Origin: Methylococcaceae bacterium
GTDB taxonomy: Bacteria > Patescibacteriota > Microgenomatia > UBA1400 > PJMF01
Assembly: GCA_044370175.1 (NCBI GenBank)
Contig: JBILVZ010000001.1
Location: 43,579 to 107,578, forward strand
Direction of reading: 5' to 3'
DNA: 64,000 nucleotides
A program made the position numbers and the translations under genes. Under the pieces are notes generated by a model that was not told where the DNA came from, did no database searches, and saw nothing but the letters and a program-made list of their open reading frames with translations. How positions within the stretch are numbered: the first letter of the stretch is position 1; every line of letters starts with the position of its first letter. This document shows positions 50,156 through 58,636 of the stretch, piece after piece.

Positions 50156-50800
50156 TTATTGGGACAAAGTGGGAGGAACTTGCTGTGGGGCAAGGCCTTC
50201 AATGATGGATGGGTGCTCAACAATCAGCTCGGCATGACCATCTTTTTGACGGCGAATGGTGGAAAGTAAAAATCCTTCGCAATTGAGACCTCTTGTTGCA
50301 AAGTATTGATTGAGCTCTTCTTGCACAAGCGCCTCAACTTTGCTGCGGTTTTGTTTAATTTGATCAAGTGTGAGATCAGCAAAAACACTGGCGATTCGGC
50401 TACGGGAGATCGGGCGGACAAGTTTGGAGACAACATTCTCGCCTAAGTTTTCCCACATTTCTGGAGCATTGATTTTATCAATTCTAAAAAGCACTGAACC
50501 CTCCACTTCGATGTCTTCTCCATCGTAGGTGGTGGTCATGACAGGGGTGTCACCAAGCGCCTCTTTATTGGGTGAAAACTCAAATCCTTCACGAATTGAA
50601 TATTCAAGAATTTGTGCATTAAAAAGTTTTGCGACCTGCCAAAAGGGAAGTTTAAAATGGAGCCCAGGACCCCAGACTTTATTGAGTACTCCTCGACCAC
50701 GGTCGTAGACACAAGCAACATGACCTGGAGGCACAGAAATAAAAAATCCTCCTACAACTTCGTCAACCAAGAAGGAAACCACCAATTTATCAAATTCCAT
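50156..50800 (-). CDS. SPFH/band 7 (prohibitin-like) protein
   Basis: VPPGHV, PGLHFKLPFWQ, SPFH core. Confidence 0.88.
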   Translation of the reverse strand: MEFDKLVVSFLVDEVVGGFFISVPPGHVACVYDRGRGVLNKVWGPGLHFKLPFWQVAKLFNAQILEYSIREGFEFSPNKEALGDTPVMTTTYDGEDIEVEGSVLFRIDKINAPEMWENLGENVVSKLVRPISRSRIASVFADLTLDQIKQNRSKVEALVQEELNQYFATRGLNCEGFLLSTIRRQKDGHAELIVEHPSIIEGLAPQQVPPTLSQ

Positions 50801-50861
50801 AGAAGTCCTTAACCCCTATATTGTACCCTAATTCACCACAAAAAGGAAAAGCTGACGGATA

Positions 50862-51674
50862 TTACTTCACCTCTACCACTACTTGCTCCTGGCCATCTGC
50901 TGCGGCAGCTTCTCTGGCAGCTACTTTTTCACGGTACTTTTCAAAACGGTACTGAATCGTCTTTATTGAGTTGAGAATAATACTAATAATCAGCGTCGTG
51001 ATGATAAAGATTTTTTTGCCAGCCGGCAGACCTAAAAAGATAAAAAATGAAACAATCGGCAAGATAAACTGTAAGCGTACAAACTGTTTTTTTGAGATTG
51101 GTGTTTTAGCACCAAGCATCAGAATCGTCTCCAAAATAAAAATTAAGCTCGACTGCAGTATATTAAGCTGCATTGCAGGCCAATCAATTTTCCAATTGTT
51201 GATTGGAGCATGGGTCAGGTCATACTTTCCTAAGAATACCAAATTGAAGGGAGTTTCTATATCAGGCATAAAGGGATACAACAGGTGGAGATCTTTGCCA
51301 CTCAGTCCCAAGTTGAAAATCCGCCAGAGCATAAGCGCAACTACAACCTGGACAAGAAGATTAAACGTCTCTGCCAAGAGTACCCGCTTATTGGTTTTGA
51401 TCACTTCCCTTTTTGCCTCTCGGTAAGCAATAGGATCACTACTGTGAGCTTCTTCAATCTGTTTTATCTGCTCAGTGATCTCATGGCGGTCTGTTTCTGA
51501 TTTTGCTTCAGCTAGAGAAAGTGGATACAAGATCACTCTAATCACTATGGTGAGCAAAATAACTGCCACTCCCATGTCGCCATTACCTTGAGTGACCATG
51601 TCGAGCACCCAATAGAAAAAAGTGAGCAGATTAAAAAATGGCTGGTATATAAAAAGAACAAAGTAATGGATCAT
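50862..51674 (-). CDS. yidC: YidC/Oxa1 membrane protein insertase
   Basis: GVAVILLTIVIRVILYPL, FLG.YDL, TM pattern. Confidence 0.85.
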   Translation of the reverse strand: MIHYFVLFIYQPFFNLLTFFYWVLDMVTQGNGDMGVAVILLTIVIRVILYPLSLAEAKSETDRHEITEQIKQIEEAHSSDPIAYREAKREVIKTNKRVLLAETFNLLVQVVVALMLWRIFNLGLSGKDLHLLYPFMPDIETPFNLVFLGKYDLTHAPINNWKIDWPAMQLNILQSSLIFILETILMLGAKTPISKKQFVRLQFILPIVSFFIFLGLPAGKKIFIITTLIISIILNSIKTIQYRFEKYREKVAAREAAAADGQEQVVVEVK

Positions 51675-51677
51675 GGG

Positions 51678-52013
51678 CTAGCTAGATATTTTTTTGTTTT
51701 GGTACAACAAACCGTGGAACATATCTACTGTATCACGAAGCGAGACAATAAGGTCTTTGGAAAGTTGTAGTGTTTCATCATCAAAACTCAGTTCTGAAAG
51801 GGTGGCGTTTGATTCTTGCACAATGGAGTCCAGCGCGTGGTTGATAAAGTCACCATGCTCCTGCGCCCAAGCTCTGCGCTTTCTCTCGGGCATATGTGCA
51901 ACGCGCTCTAAAACTTTAGAGATCTCCTGCAACTCATGTGCTTTGAGATAGAGCGTAAACTTGACTGAACTTGGTTTGCTATTTTGTAACAGCGTGGTTG
52001 TCTCTTCGTCCAT
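51678..52013 (-). CDS. Hypothetical protein
   Basis: TATAAT 6 nt before ATG 52013; co-directional with yidC. Confidence 0.6.
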   Translation of the reverse strand: MDEETTTLLQNSKPSSVKFTLYLKAHELQEISKVLERVAHMPERKRRAWAQEHGDFINHALDSIVQESNATLSELSFDDETLQLSKDLIVSLRDTVDMFHGLLYQNKKISS

Positions 52014-52095
52014 ACGCCTATTATATAACATACTTTACCCGTAAAATCTGCTCAAGAAATTGTAAGGATTGTAGAGCACGGTATAATACTGCTAC

Positions 52096-53220
52096 ATGAA
52101 AATTATACAACTTGCACACACACCCCAAGAAGTAGTCATAGAGACAACCTGTGCTGTCTTGGCAGCTGGAGGTTTAGTGATTTTTCCTACCGAGACCACG
52201 TATGGCGCTGGAGTAGATGCTACCAACCAAACAGCGGTTGATAAACTACTTACCTATAAGTCGCGCCGTGAAGGAAAGCCTCTCTCGATTGCAGTAACCT
52301 CTCAAGAAATGGCAGAAAAATACGTAGTTCTCAATGACCAAGCACGTGCACTCTACGAGCAGTTTTTACCCGGCCCTGTGACCGTTGTTTCCCAAGATAA
52401 GGGAGTTGTGGCACAAGGAGTAGCCTCTGAGTTTGGGACTGTCGGGGTGCGTATCCCAGACTATCCACTGCTACTTAAACTACTTACGGTATACGGCAAG
52501 CCGATGACTGCCACTTCCGCCAATGGCTCTGGTCAAAAACGTCCCTACGCAATTCAAGATATCTTTGCCAACCTTTCTGAAAAGCAGAAAAACTTGATTG
52601 ACTTAGTGCTTGATGCTGGCACTTTGCCTGAAAATCCCCCCTCCACAGTGATTGATACCACCCTTTCTACACCAGTAACACTCCGTCAGGGTGATATTGA
52701 ACTTCAAACAGCCGTCGGCAAAAGCGGCACTGCGTATGAGCTTCGTTCTCAAAGCGAAGCAGAAACAAAAAGTATTGCAGGACGCCTTGTATTGAAGCAC
52801 TGGGATACAGTTGTAAAAAGAGGTCTCGTGATTGGACTTGATGGTCCACTGGGCGCTGGTAAAACTGTTTTTGCTAAAGGTGTGGCAGAGTTTTTGCAGA
52901 TTACTGACCTTCTCACCTCACCCACCTATACCTACAGTGAAGAATATGAGTATACCCGTCATCAAACAACAGGCAAGCTGTATCACTTAGATATGTGGAA
53001 AGTTGATTCTCAAGCAATTTTTGAAAAACTAGAGCTTGCAGCTTCACTCAAGCCTGGGACTGTGATGGTGATTGAGTGGTGGTCACAGATTGCCGCATAC
53101 TTCCAGCCCATCCTTACCGACCAAAGCGTGCCTGTGGTTACTGTTCTTTTAAACGAACAAGCTACTCCACTTGCAGATACAACTGCCCCACGTCTTTTAC
53201 AGATTCGGGAGACTACATGA
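52096..53220 (+). CDS. tsaC: Fused L-threonylcarbamoyladenylate synthase TsaC/YrdC + t6A ATPase TsaE
   Basis: FPTETTYG, PGPVT, GVRIP, TSAN then GPLGAGKTVFAKG, SPTY, YHLD, IEW. Confidence 0.92.
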   Translation: MKIIQLAHTPQEVVIETTCAVLAAGGLVIFPTETTYGAGVDATNQTAVDKLLTYKSRREGKPLSIAVTSQEMAEKYVVLNDQARALYEQFLPGPVTVVSQDKGVVAQGVASEFGTVGVRIPDYPLLLKLLTVYGKPMTATSANGSGQKRPYAIQDIFANLSEKQKNLIDLVLDAGTLPENPPSTVIDTTLSTPVTLRQGDIELQTAVGKSGTAYELRSQSEAETKSIAGRLVLKHWDTVVKRGLVIGLDGPLGAGKTVFAKGVAEFLQITDLLTSPTYTYSEEYEYTRHQTTGKLYHLDMWKVDSQAIFEKLELAASLKPGTVMVIEWWSQIAAYFQPILTDQSVPVVTVLLNEQATPLADTTAPRLLQIRETT

Positions 53221-54413
53221 AATTGGGTCTCATTCTGGCAATTGATACTTCTTGTGATGACACCAGTGTTGCAGTGACCTGTGGGACTCAGGTTCTTTCC
53301 AATGTAATTGCCTCACAGACCCAACTACACAAGCCGTATGGTGGGGTATTCCCCACCGTTGCTAAACTAGCACATAGAGAAAATATTGATAAAACGGTGG
53401 CAATAGCGCTCAAACGAGCACACGTTTCTATGGCTGATATCGCTGCTTTAGCAGTGACCGTTGGTCCCGGACTTGCTCCAGCACTTGAAGTGGGCATTGC
53501 TGCTGCAAAAGCTCTGGCACAGACTCATGCAAAACCACTGATTGCTTGTAATCACCTAGAGGGGCATCTGCTCTCGGTGCTGGCAGAACCACTCAGCGGT
53601 TCTGCTCGAAAACAAGCCTTCAGCACAACCCTTCTTGAGCAAGACCAACTGCTCCTTCCTGCAGATGACTTGAAAGTAAAACTCCCTGCACTCTCACTTA
53701 TCATTTCAGGAGGAAATACCTTGTTTGTGTTGGTTAAAGATGTAGGTACGTATGAAGTTCTTGGTAGAACACTTGACGACGCTGCAGGTGAGTGTTTGGA
53801 TAAGATTGGACGGATGCTCAACTTAGGATACCCGGCTGGACCAGTTATGGAAGAGTTTGCAAGGTTAGGAAATAAAGACGCCTATCCGTTTCCCCTTCCA
53901 CTGACAACTGTTAAAACCTATGACGTGAGTTTTTCAGGAATGAAGACGTTTGCTCGCAACTTGTTGGATACACTAACCGCAGAACGACCACTTAATCGTC
54001 AAGAAATGTACGACTTTTGTGCGAGTGCTCAACAAGGCGTATTTAGACATATTTGTTATAAACTCACCAAGATTTTGGAAGATCTCTATGCGCAAGCGTA
54101 TACAAAAAACTATGCAAACGTAGCATTTTCTTCTCAGCAAAATAAAGATTTTGCCGTCCAGGGAGTCTGGCTGGGTGGTGGTGTTGCAGCAAATATGACG
54201 CTGCGCAAGATGTTGCGCGATACACTACGCAACTTCACTCAAAAGAATTCACTTACTTCACTGAGACTGCGTACCCCGTATACTAAGAGACTCTGTGCTG
54301 ATAATGCAGCGATGATTGGGGTGGTGGCAGGAGTTACTGAAAAAATTCGTTTTACTGTGGAAAATCTTGCGTTTGTTGAGAGAGCTCCAAGACTACCTTT
54401 AGATGGAAACTAA
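53217..54413 (+). CDS. tsaD: tRNA N6-threonylcarbamoyltransferase TsaD
   Basis: ILAIDTSCDDTS, GPGL, NHLEGH, TLDDAAGE, GGVAAN, DNAAMIG; ATGA overlap with tsaC-E. Confidence 0.96.
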   Translation: MKLGLILAIDTSCDDTSVAVTCGTQVLSNVIASQTQLHKPYGGVFPTVAKLAHRENIDKTVAIALKRAHVSMADIAALAVTVGPGLAPALEVGIAAAKALAQTHAKPLIACNHLEGHLLSVLAEPLSGSARKQAFSTTLLEQDQLLLPADDLKVKLPALSLIISGGNTLFVLVKDVGTYEVLGRTLDDAAGECLDKIGRMLNLGYPAGPVMEEFARLGNKDAYPFPLPLTTVKTYDVSFSGMKTFARNLLDTLTAERPLNRQEMYDFCASAQQGVFRHICYKLTKILEDLYAQAYTKNYANVAFSSQQNKDFAVQGVWLGGGVAANMTLRKMLRDTLRNFTQKNSLTSLRLRTPYTKRLCADNAAMIGVVAGVTEKIRFTVENLAFVERAPRLPLDGN

Positions 54414-54730
54414 GTTGATTTTCCAGCCTTTTCGTACTCTTCTACCATTTTTTGGGTTACATCACTGCGTAGTTGTTCAATAGACATCCCAGTACGCTCT
54501 TGAAAGAGTTTTGATAATTTCTCAATGCGTTCTTCCTCTGATGCTGCATGCATTGAGTCTGGAGAAAGTATGACGTCTGCTAATTTTGCCGTGAGCTCAT
54601 CCATTACCCGGTTTGCTACTTGGCTCATAAAACGCCCCATCATAAATGCAATTGTTTCTTGAGAGAACCCTGCTTTTTCAAGATGCTCTCTCATACGATT
54701 AGCAGCAGTAATATCTACATTTTGTGACAT
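54410..54730 (-). CDS. Small helical hypothetical protein
   Basis: 106 aa, 9 nt after the large ORF. Confidence 0.6.
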   Translation of the reverse strand: MSQNVDITAANRMREHLEKAGFSQETIAFMMGRFMSQVANRVMDELTAKLADVILSPDSMHAASEEERIEKLSKLFQERTGMSIEQLRSDVTQKMVEEYEKAGKST

Positions 54731-54739
54731 ACTATATCC

Positions 54740-57700
54740 TTAATTAACTTTTGCTTGTGCATATTGTATGCGATAAGCCGAGTCATTTCCATTAAAAAGT
54801 GCTGGGTCAAAAATATTTATTGCAGCGAATGCCCCATTGATTCTCTCCGCAGACAATTGACCATTTACTGGCGTAAGCAACCCACTCACCTGAGGATTTC
54901 CTAATGCTCGGGCTAAGATCTCGTTTTGTTGAGCCACGGAAAGTTCTACAGATCTACCAGCTATGTTTACTGTCACCGGAGTCATATCACCCTCTATAAC
55001 ATGCGCTAACACAACTGCAGCTGGAGAAAGGCCAAGCCGAGCATCTGACACATCAATTGTAGTAGCTTCTTGTGGAGTAATTGGACTTTCTTGTGAATGC
55101 AGTGCATCCTGAATCCCGGCTTCAAGTTTTACTTGGGCCTGATGACCTAGCACCGCCAGCTTTAATTCATTATCAGGTTGTAATTTTTGTAATGCTTGCT
55201 CATATGGCTCTGTCATTACATGCTCGGCAAAATAATGAATCACATTTTTCCCTGCTTCATTGTTTCCCAACCGTTCTAGAATCTGAGGGTATTGTTGCCG
55301 TAATTCGCCATAGAGCGAATCAACATTTGGGTGAGCTTGTGCAAGATCTTCAGTTGCAGTAAGAGCAGTGGCAGTCTCCTTTTGTGCCGCATCCTGTGTG
55401 GCTACTGCTGTCGTAGTTTCTCCAGTAGTCGGCTGTTCACTTGGTTGTATCTCTGCTTGAGTAGCAGTTGCTGGTAAAACAGTACTTGCTTGATCATGGG
55501 TATTAGTTCTATCAAACAACCCCTCAAGCACGTCCGCATGATTTCGGGCTATTGTCTCTGCCGACCACTCAGTGCCAAGACCCCCGCCTCCCACAGCTGG
55601 GAGTGCATTGAAGCCAGTGCGTAAATCTGTGGCCAACTGATCGGCAGCAGTTGGACTACTGTAGGTAGCATAGAGTAACTTTGCCATAGCTTCAGCTTGA
55701 GCAGGTGAAGGCACAACCCCTGCTATTTCTGTAGTATTAGTCATAAACTGCATCATCTCATCATATGAAGCAAAGGTATCAGCACTGACAACTTGATCCC
55801 CATTTGAAAGATCCTGATATGGTTGATTACGTGCCTCTGCTATCGCTAGGTTGGTAGCTTTTGTCCAATCTTTAATGCCGTCTGCAACTTCAGCTACACT
55901 GACTTGTCTATGTCCTTCTGGAAGTGGTAAGCTATTCAGCTCAGTCACTACTTGGGTACTTGCCTCCTCTGCCATATGCCATATATGTGGTTCATTAAAA
56001 GTTTCTGGTTTGAGTGTTACTACTTCAGCAGGTTCAGTGAGAGCAGTTGACTCAACAGTTGGAGCTGTTTCAATAGGTTGCGCAGAGACGTTGGGAATAT
56101 CAAAAGTAGTAATAGCTCGCTGCCATAATCTCTGTGCCATGGTTGTGGCGGTTTCAGGCAATTTTTCTGTATCAATTTGTATGTTGTCCAGATCAATACT
56201 CTGTGGTTGAGATGGCTTTACATCTATAACTGGAGTATTTGACTGTGCCTCTGAGGCTGTCACAGTCTCTCTCCCATTGAAGTCATCATACGTCGTCGAT
56301 CTGACTGTATTTGCAGCAGTCACAGTAGTATCTTTGCCTGTACCAAACAGAGTTCTTACATTTTCTCCTACCAAAGAATCTTCTGAAAATGGTGGTTGCT
56401 CACCTGGTCGCAGGTCAGTTATTGGCTTGAGGTAAAAATCAGTTGTAATACTACGTGAATCTGCCTTTGCTGCCAGTGTTTCAGCAGCATGACCAGATGC
56501 TTCTAAAGCAAATCCTTGTGCATCTATTACTAGATGTGACTTTCCATTGGCATCAGGTTGTACTGTCAAGTGTATGGCATAGTCACCATTTTCTAGACCA
56601 AGGTCTGCGCTACCTGGTTCTTGATGGCCAATAAGCCACACCCCATTAGAATCGTTGGGATCACGAATTACTGAAGTACTTTCAAAATCAGCAAATGTGT
56701 GTGGGACCTCAACCATTTGACCATTGAGAGACACGTGATCTCCCCAGTTGACAACGTTTTCAGTAGGTTGGATAGCCGCAGAGTGTCCAACATTTAACGC
56801 ACTACTTTCAGCACGACTGACTGTGTGAAAACTCTCGTCGCCAGGGAATTCCCCATGATGGTTAGGATCAACTCTATAATTACGTGGAGGAGGAACAATC
56901 TCCCCAGATGGATTAGCTGCTTCTCCATGATGTTTATCTGTTGTTACTACAGCTATGCCACTGGTATGCGTATTCACATGAGTTGGTTCTACTCCTTCAG
57001 GGGTGGGAGTAGGCAACGGACTTTGTGGTTGTTCAAAGGATTCGGCAGTAAGGGTACTGAGTGGCGTAGGGACCTGACTGGTACTTTCTGGAGAAGGTGT
57101 AGCCACAGTCGTTGCGTCTTGTGTAAGTTGCTCTGTCTGAACTGGACTGTTGAGAGTATCAATTCCAGCAACCCCCAAATTAAATGCAAGTGAACCAAAT
57201 GCATATCCCAGCGAGAACTTAGCGACCTCAGCAACGCCTAATCTCCCTGCTGATAGCTTGTTTATTACATCTTCCAACTTATCAGATCCTCGGAAAAATG
57301 CTCGATAGACTTGCTCTGTTACGTTGGGATCAGTATTGTAATAATTGGCCAGCCTTCCCCGGAGATAGGCTGCCCCACCGAACGATGCTGCAGTAACCAA
57401 ACTGCTCACCATTTGAATTGTCATATTTATATTGGCAATATCAGCTTCAACACCAACCGACCGCAAACCCAGCGCTACTGCATTGACCGCCACACCTGAG
57501 CCTATACCCGCATACAGTGACTTTCCTGCTGTCAGAGCTGTTAACATTTTTTTCCACTTAGGAATACGTTGCTCTTCAGCTAAAAATCCTTCCAGTACTC
57601 TTGCTTGATCTTCACTGAGCGCTTCTTGACTCAGTTTTACGTTAATTTCTTGATCTGCAGTTATTGTTGAGCTATATCCATCATCGTTGGTAAATAGTGT

Positions 57701-58504
57701 GCCATCAAGTCGAGTAATCAGTGCTGCTGATTCAAGTGTTTGTGGGTCAATCTTGCCTAGTACAAGCCTCAGCTTGATCAGTGAACATCGCAGTTCTAGC
57801 CCTTGCTCATACACCGGGATCTTATCAGTGTCCCTATTAATCGAAATCATTCGATTTAAAGTGTCCATGACTTCCCAGGTGAGATCATACTGTAGTACAT
57901 TGGATTGCCTCAAGGTGAGGATATGCTTTTTAAATTCTGCAGCAGATTGTAGTGCCAGCTCTCGTATGAGACGATCTGCGGTACGCATCTGTTCAGCCGA
58001 GCCAAGTGGGGTGACATGAACAAGGCGATCAAAAGTATTTTCATTACCCTGTTCATCTTCAGGGAGTGTTAGTCCCAATCTTTTCCGCAAACCAATATAG
58101 AGAAGTAACATTTGGTACGTTTGTCGTGCTTTTTCCTCTAAGTCAGCGTGTAACGTATTGTGCGTGGGTGCGGAATCTGCAGCAGTTGCTAACGAGTCTG
58201 TTGATAGATTTTCCTTAATGTCTTGCAGGCTCCGCATCTCTGCACGTAGTCGACTACCTAGATCTGATAAACCTATAAACTTTAGTTCATCAGTCCTGAG
58301 TGTAGAATCCTGTGTATCGTAGGAGTTTTGCCATGCATCTACAACAGTTCTAATATGGCTATTCTCCTGTCTAGAACTTTCTTGGGCTGGTTGATGTTCT
58401 GATGCCGTGGTTTGTAGAGCGTTTACTACTTCAGTATCTAGAGAGGACTCTTTTTCTTGAGATTTCGTTGTCCAGATTTTATCAAATCCTTCAAAAAATT
58501 CCAT
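54740..58504 (-). CDS. Large (about 1250 aa) membrane-associated hypothetical protein
   Basis: AAAGGA before MEFFEG; helical N-part, three Gly/Ala-rich hydrophobic segments, Pro/Thr linkers. Confidence 0.8.
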   Translation of the reverse strand: MEFFEGFDKIWTTKSQEKESSLDTEVVNALQTTASEHQPAQESSRQENSHIRTVVDAWQNSYDTQDSTLRTDELKFIGLSDLGSRLRAEMRSLQDIKENLSTDSLATAADSAPTHNTLHADLEEKARQTYQMLLLYIGLRKRLGLTLPEDEQGNENTFDRLVHVTPLGSAEQMRTADRLIRELALQSAAEFKKHILTLRQSNVLQYDLTWEVMDTLNRMISINRDTDKIPVYEQGLELRCSLIKLRLVLGKIDPQTLESAALITRLDGTLFTNDDGYSSTITADQEINVKLSQEALSEDQARVLEGFLAEEQRIPKWKKMLTALTAGKSLYAGIGSGVAVNAVALGLRSVGVEADIANINMTIQMVSSLVTAASFGGAAYLRGRLANYYNTDPNVTEQVYRAFFRGSDKLEDVINKLSAGRLGVAEVAKFSLGYAFGSLAFNLGVAGIDTLNSPVQTEQLTQDATTVATPSPESTSQVPTPLSTLTAESFEQPQSPLPTPTPEGVEPTHVNTHTSGIAVVTTDKHHGEAANPSGEIVPPPRNYRVDPNHHGEFPGDESFHTVSRAESSALNVGHSAAIQPTENVVNWGDHVSLNGQMVEVPHTFADFESTSVIRDPNDSNGVWLIGHQEPGSADLGLENGDYAIHLTVQPDANGKSHLVIDAQGFALEASGHAAETLAAKADSRSITTDFYLKPITDLRPGEQPPFSEDSLVGENVRTLFGTGKDTTVTAANTVRSTTYDDFNGRETVTASEAQSNTPVIDVKPSQPQSIDLDNIQIDTEKLPETATTMAQRLWQRAITTFDIPNVSAQPIETAPTVESTALTEPAEVVTLKPETFNEPHIWHMAEEASTQVVTELNSLPLPEGHRQVSVAEVADGIKDWTKATNLAIAEARNQPYQDLSNGDQVVSADTFASYDEMMQFMTNTTEIAGVVPSPAQAEAMAKLLYATYSSPTAADQLATDLRTGFNALPAVGGGGLGTEWSAETIARNHADVLEGLFDRTNTHDQASTVLPATATQAEIQPSEQPTTGETTTAVATQDAAQKETATALTATEDLAQAHPNVDSLYGELRQQYPQILERLGNNEAGKNVIHYFAEHVMTEPYEQALQKLQPDNELKLAVLGHQAQVKLEAGIQDALHSQESPITPQEATTIDVSDARLGLSPAAVVLAHVIEGDMTPVTVNIAGRSVELSVAQQNEILARALGNPQVSGLLTPVNGQLSAERINGAFAAINIFDPALFNGNDSAYRIQYAQAKVN

Positions 58505-58577
58505 ATGTCCTTTTGTAGTTTTTGTGGTATTACTTTTGCTCGGCTGTATACACAATATACTATCACTATAGCAAAGA

Positions 58578-58617
58578 GAGCTGCCATAGTGCAAATTACA
58601 ATGCACTATGGCAGCTC
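58578..58617. terminator. 16-bp perfect hairpin downstream of nrdJ
   Basis: GAGCTGCCATAGTGCA-N8-TGCACTATGGCAGCTC, followed by TCTTT on the minus strand. Confidence 0.75.
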
Positions 58618-58636
58618 AGCCGTTATGTGGCAGCCG

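Noticed and set aside
58550-58565. NrdR-box-like ACACAATATACTATCA upstream of the giant ORF
   Set aside because: Only the left half matches, it is single, and it overlaps a likely -10 region
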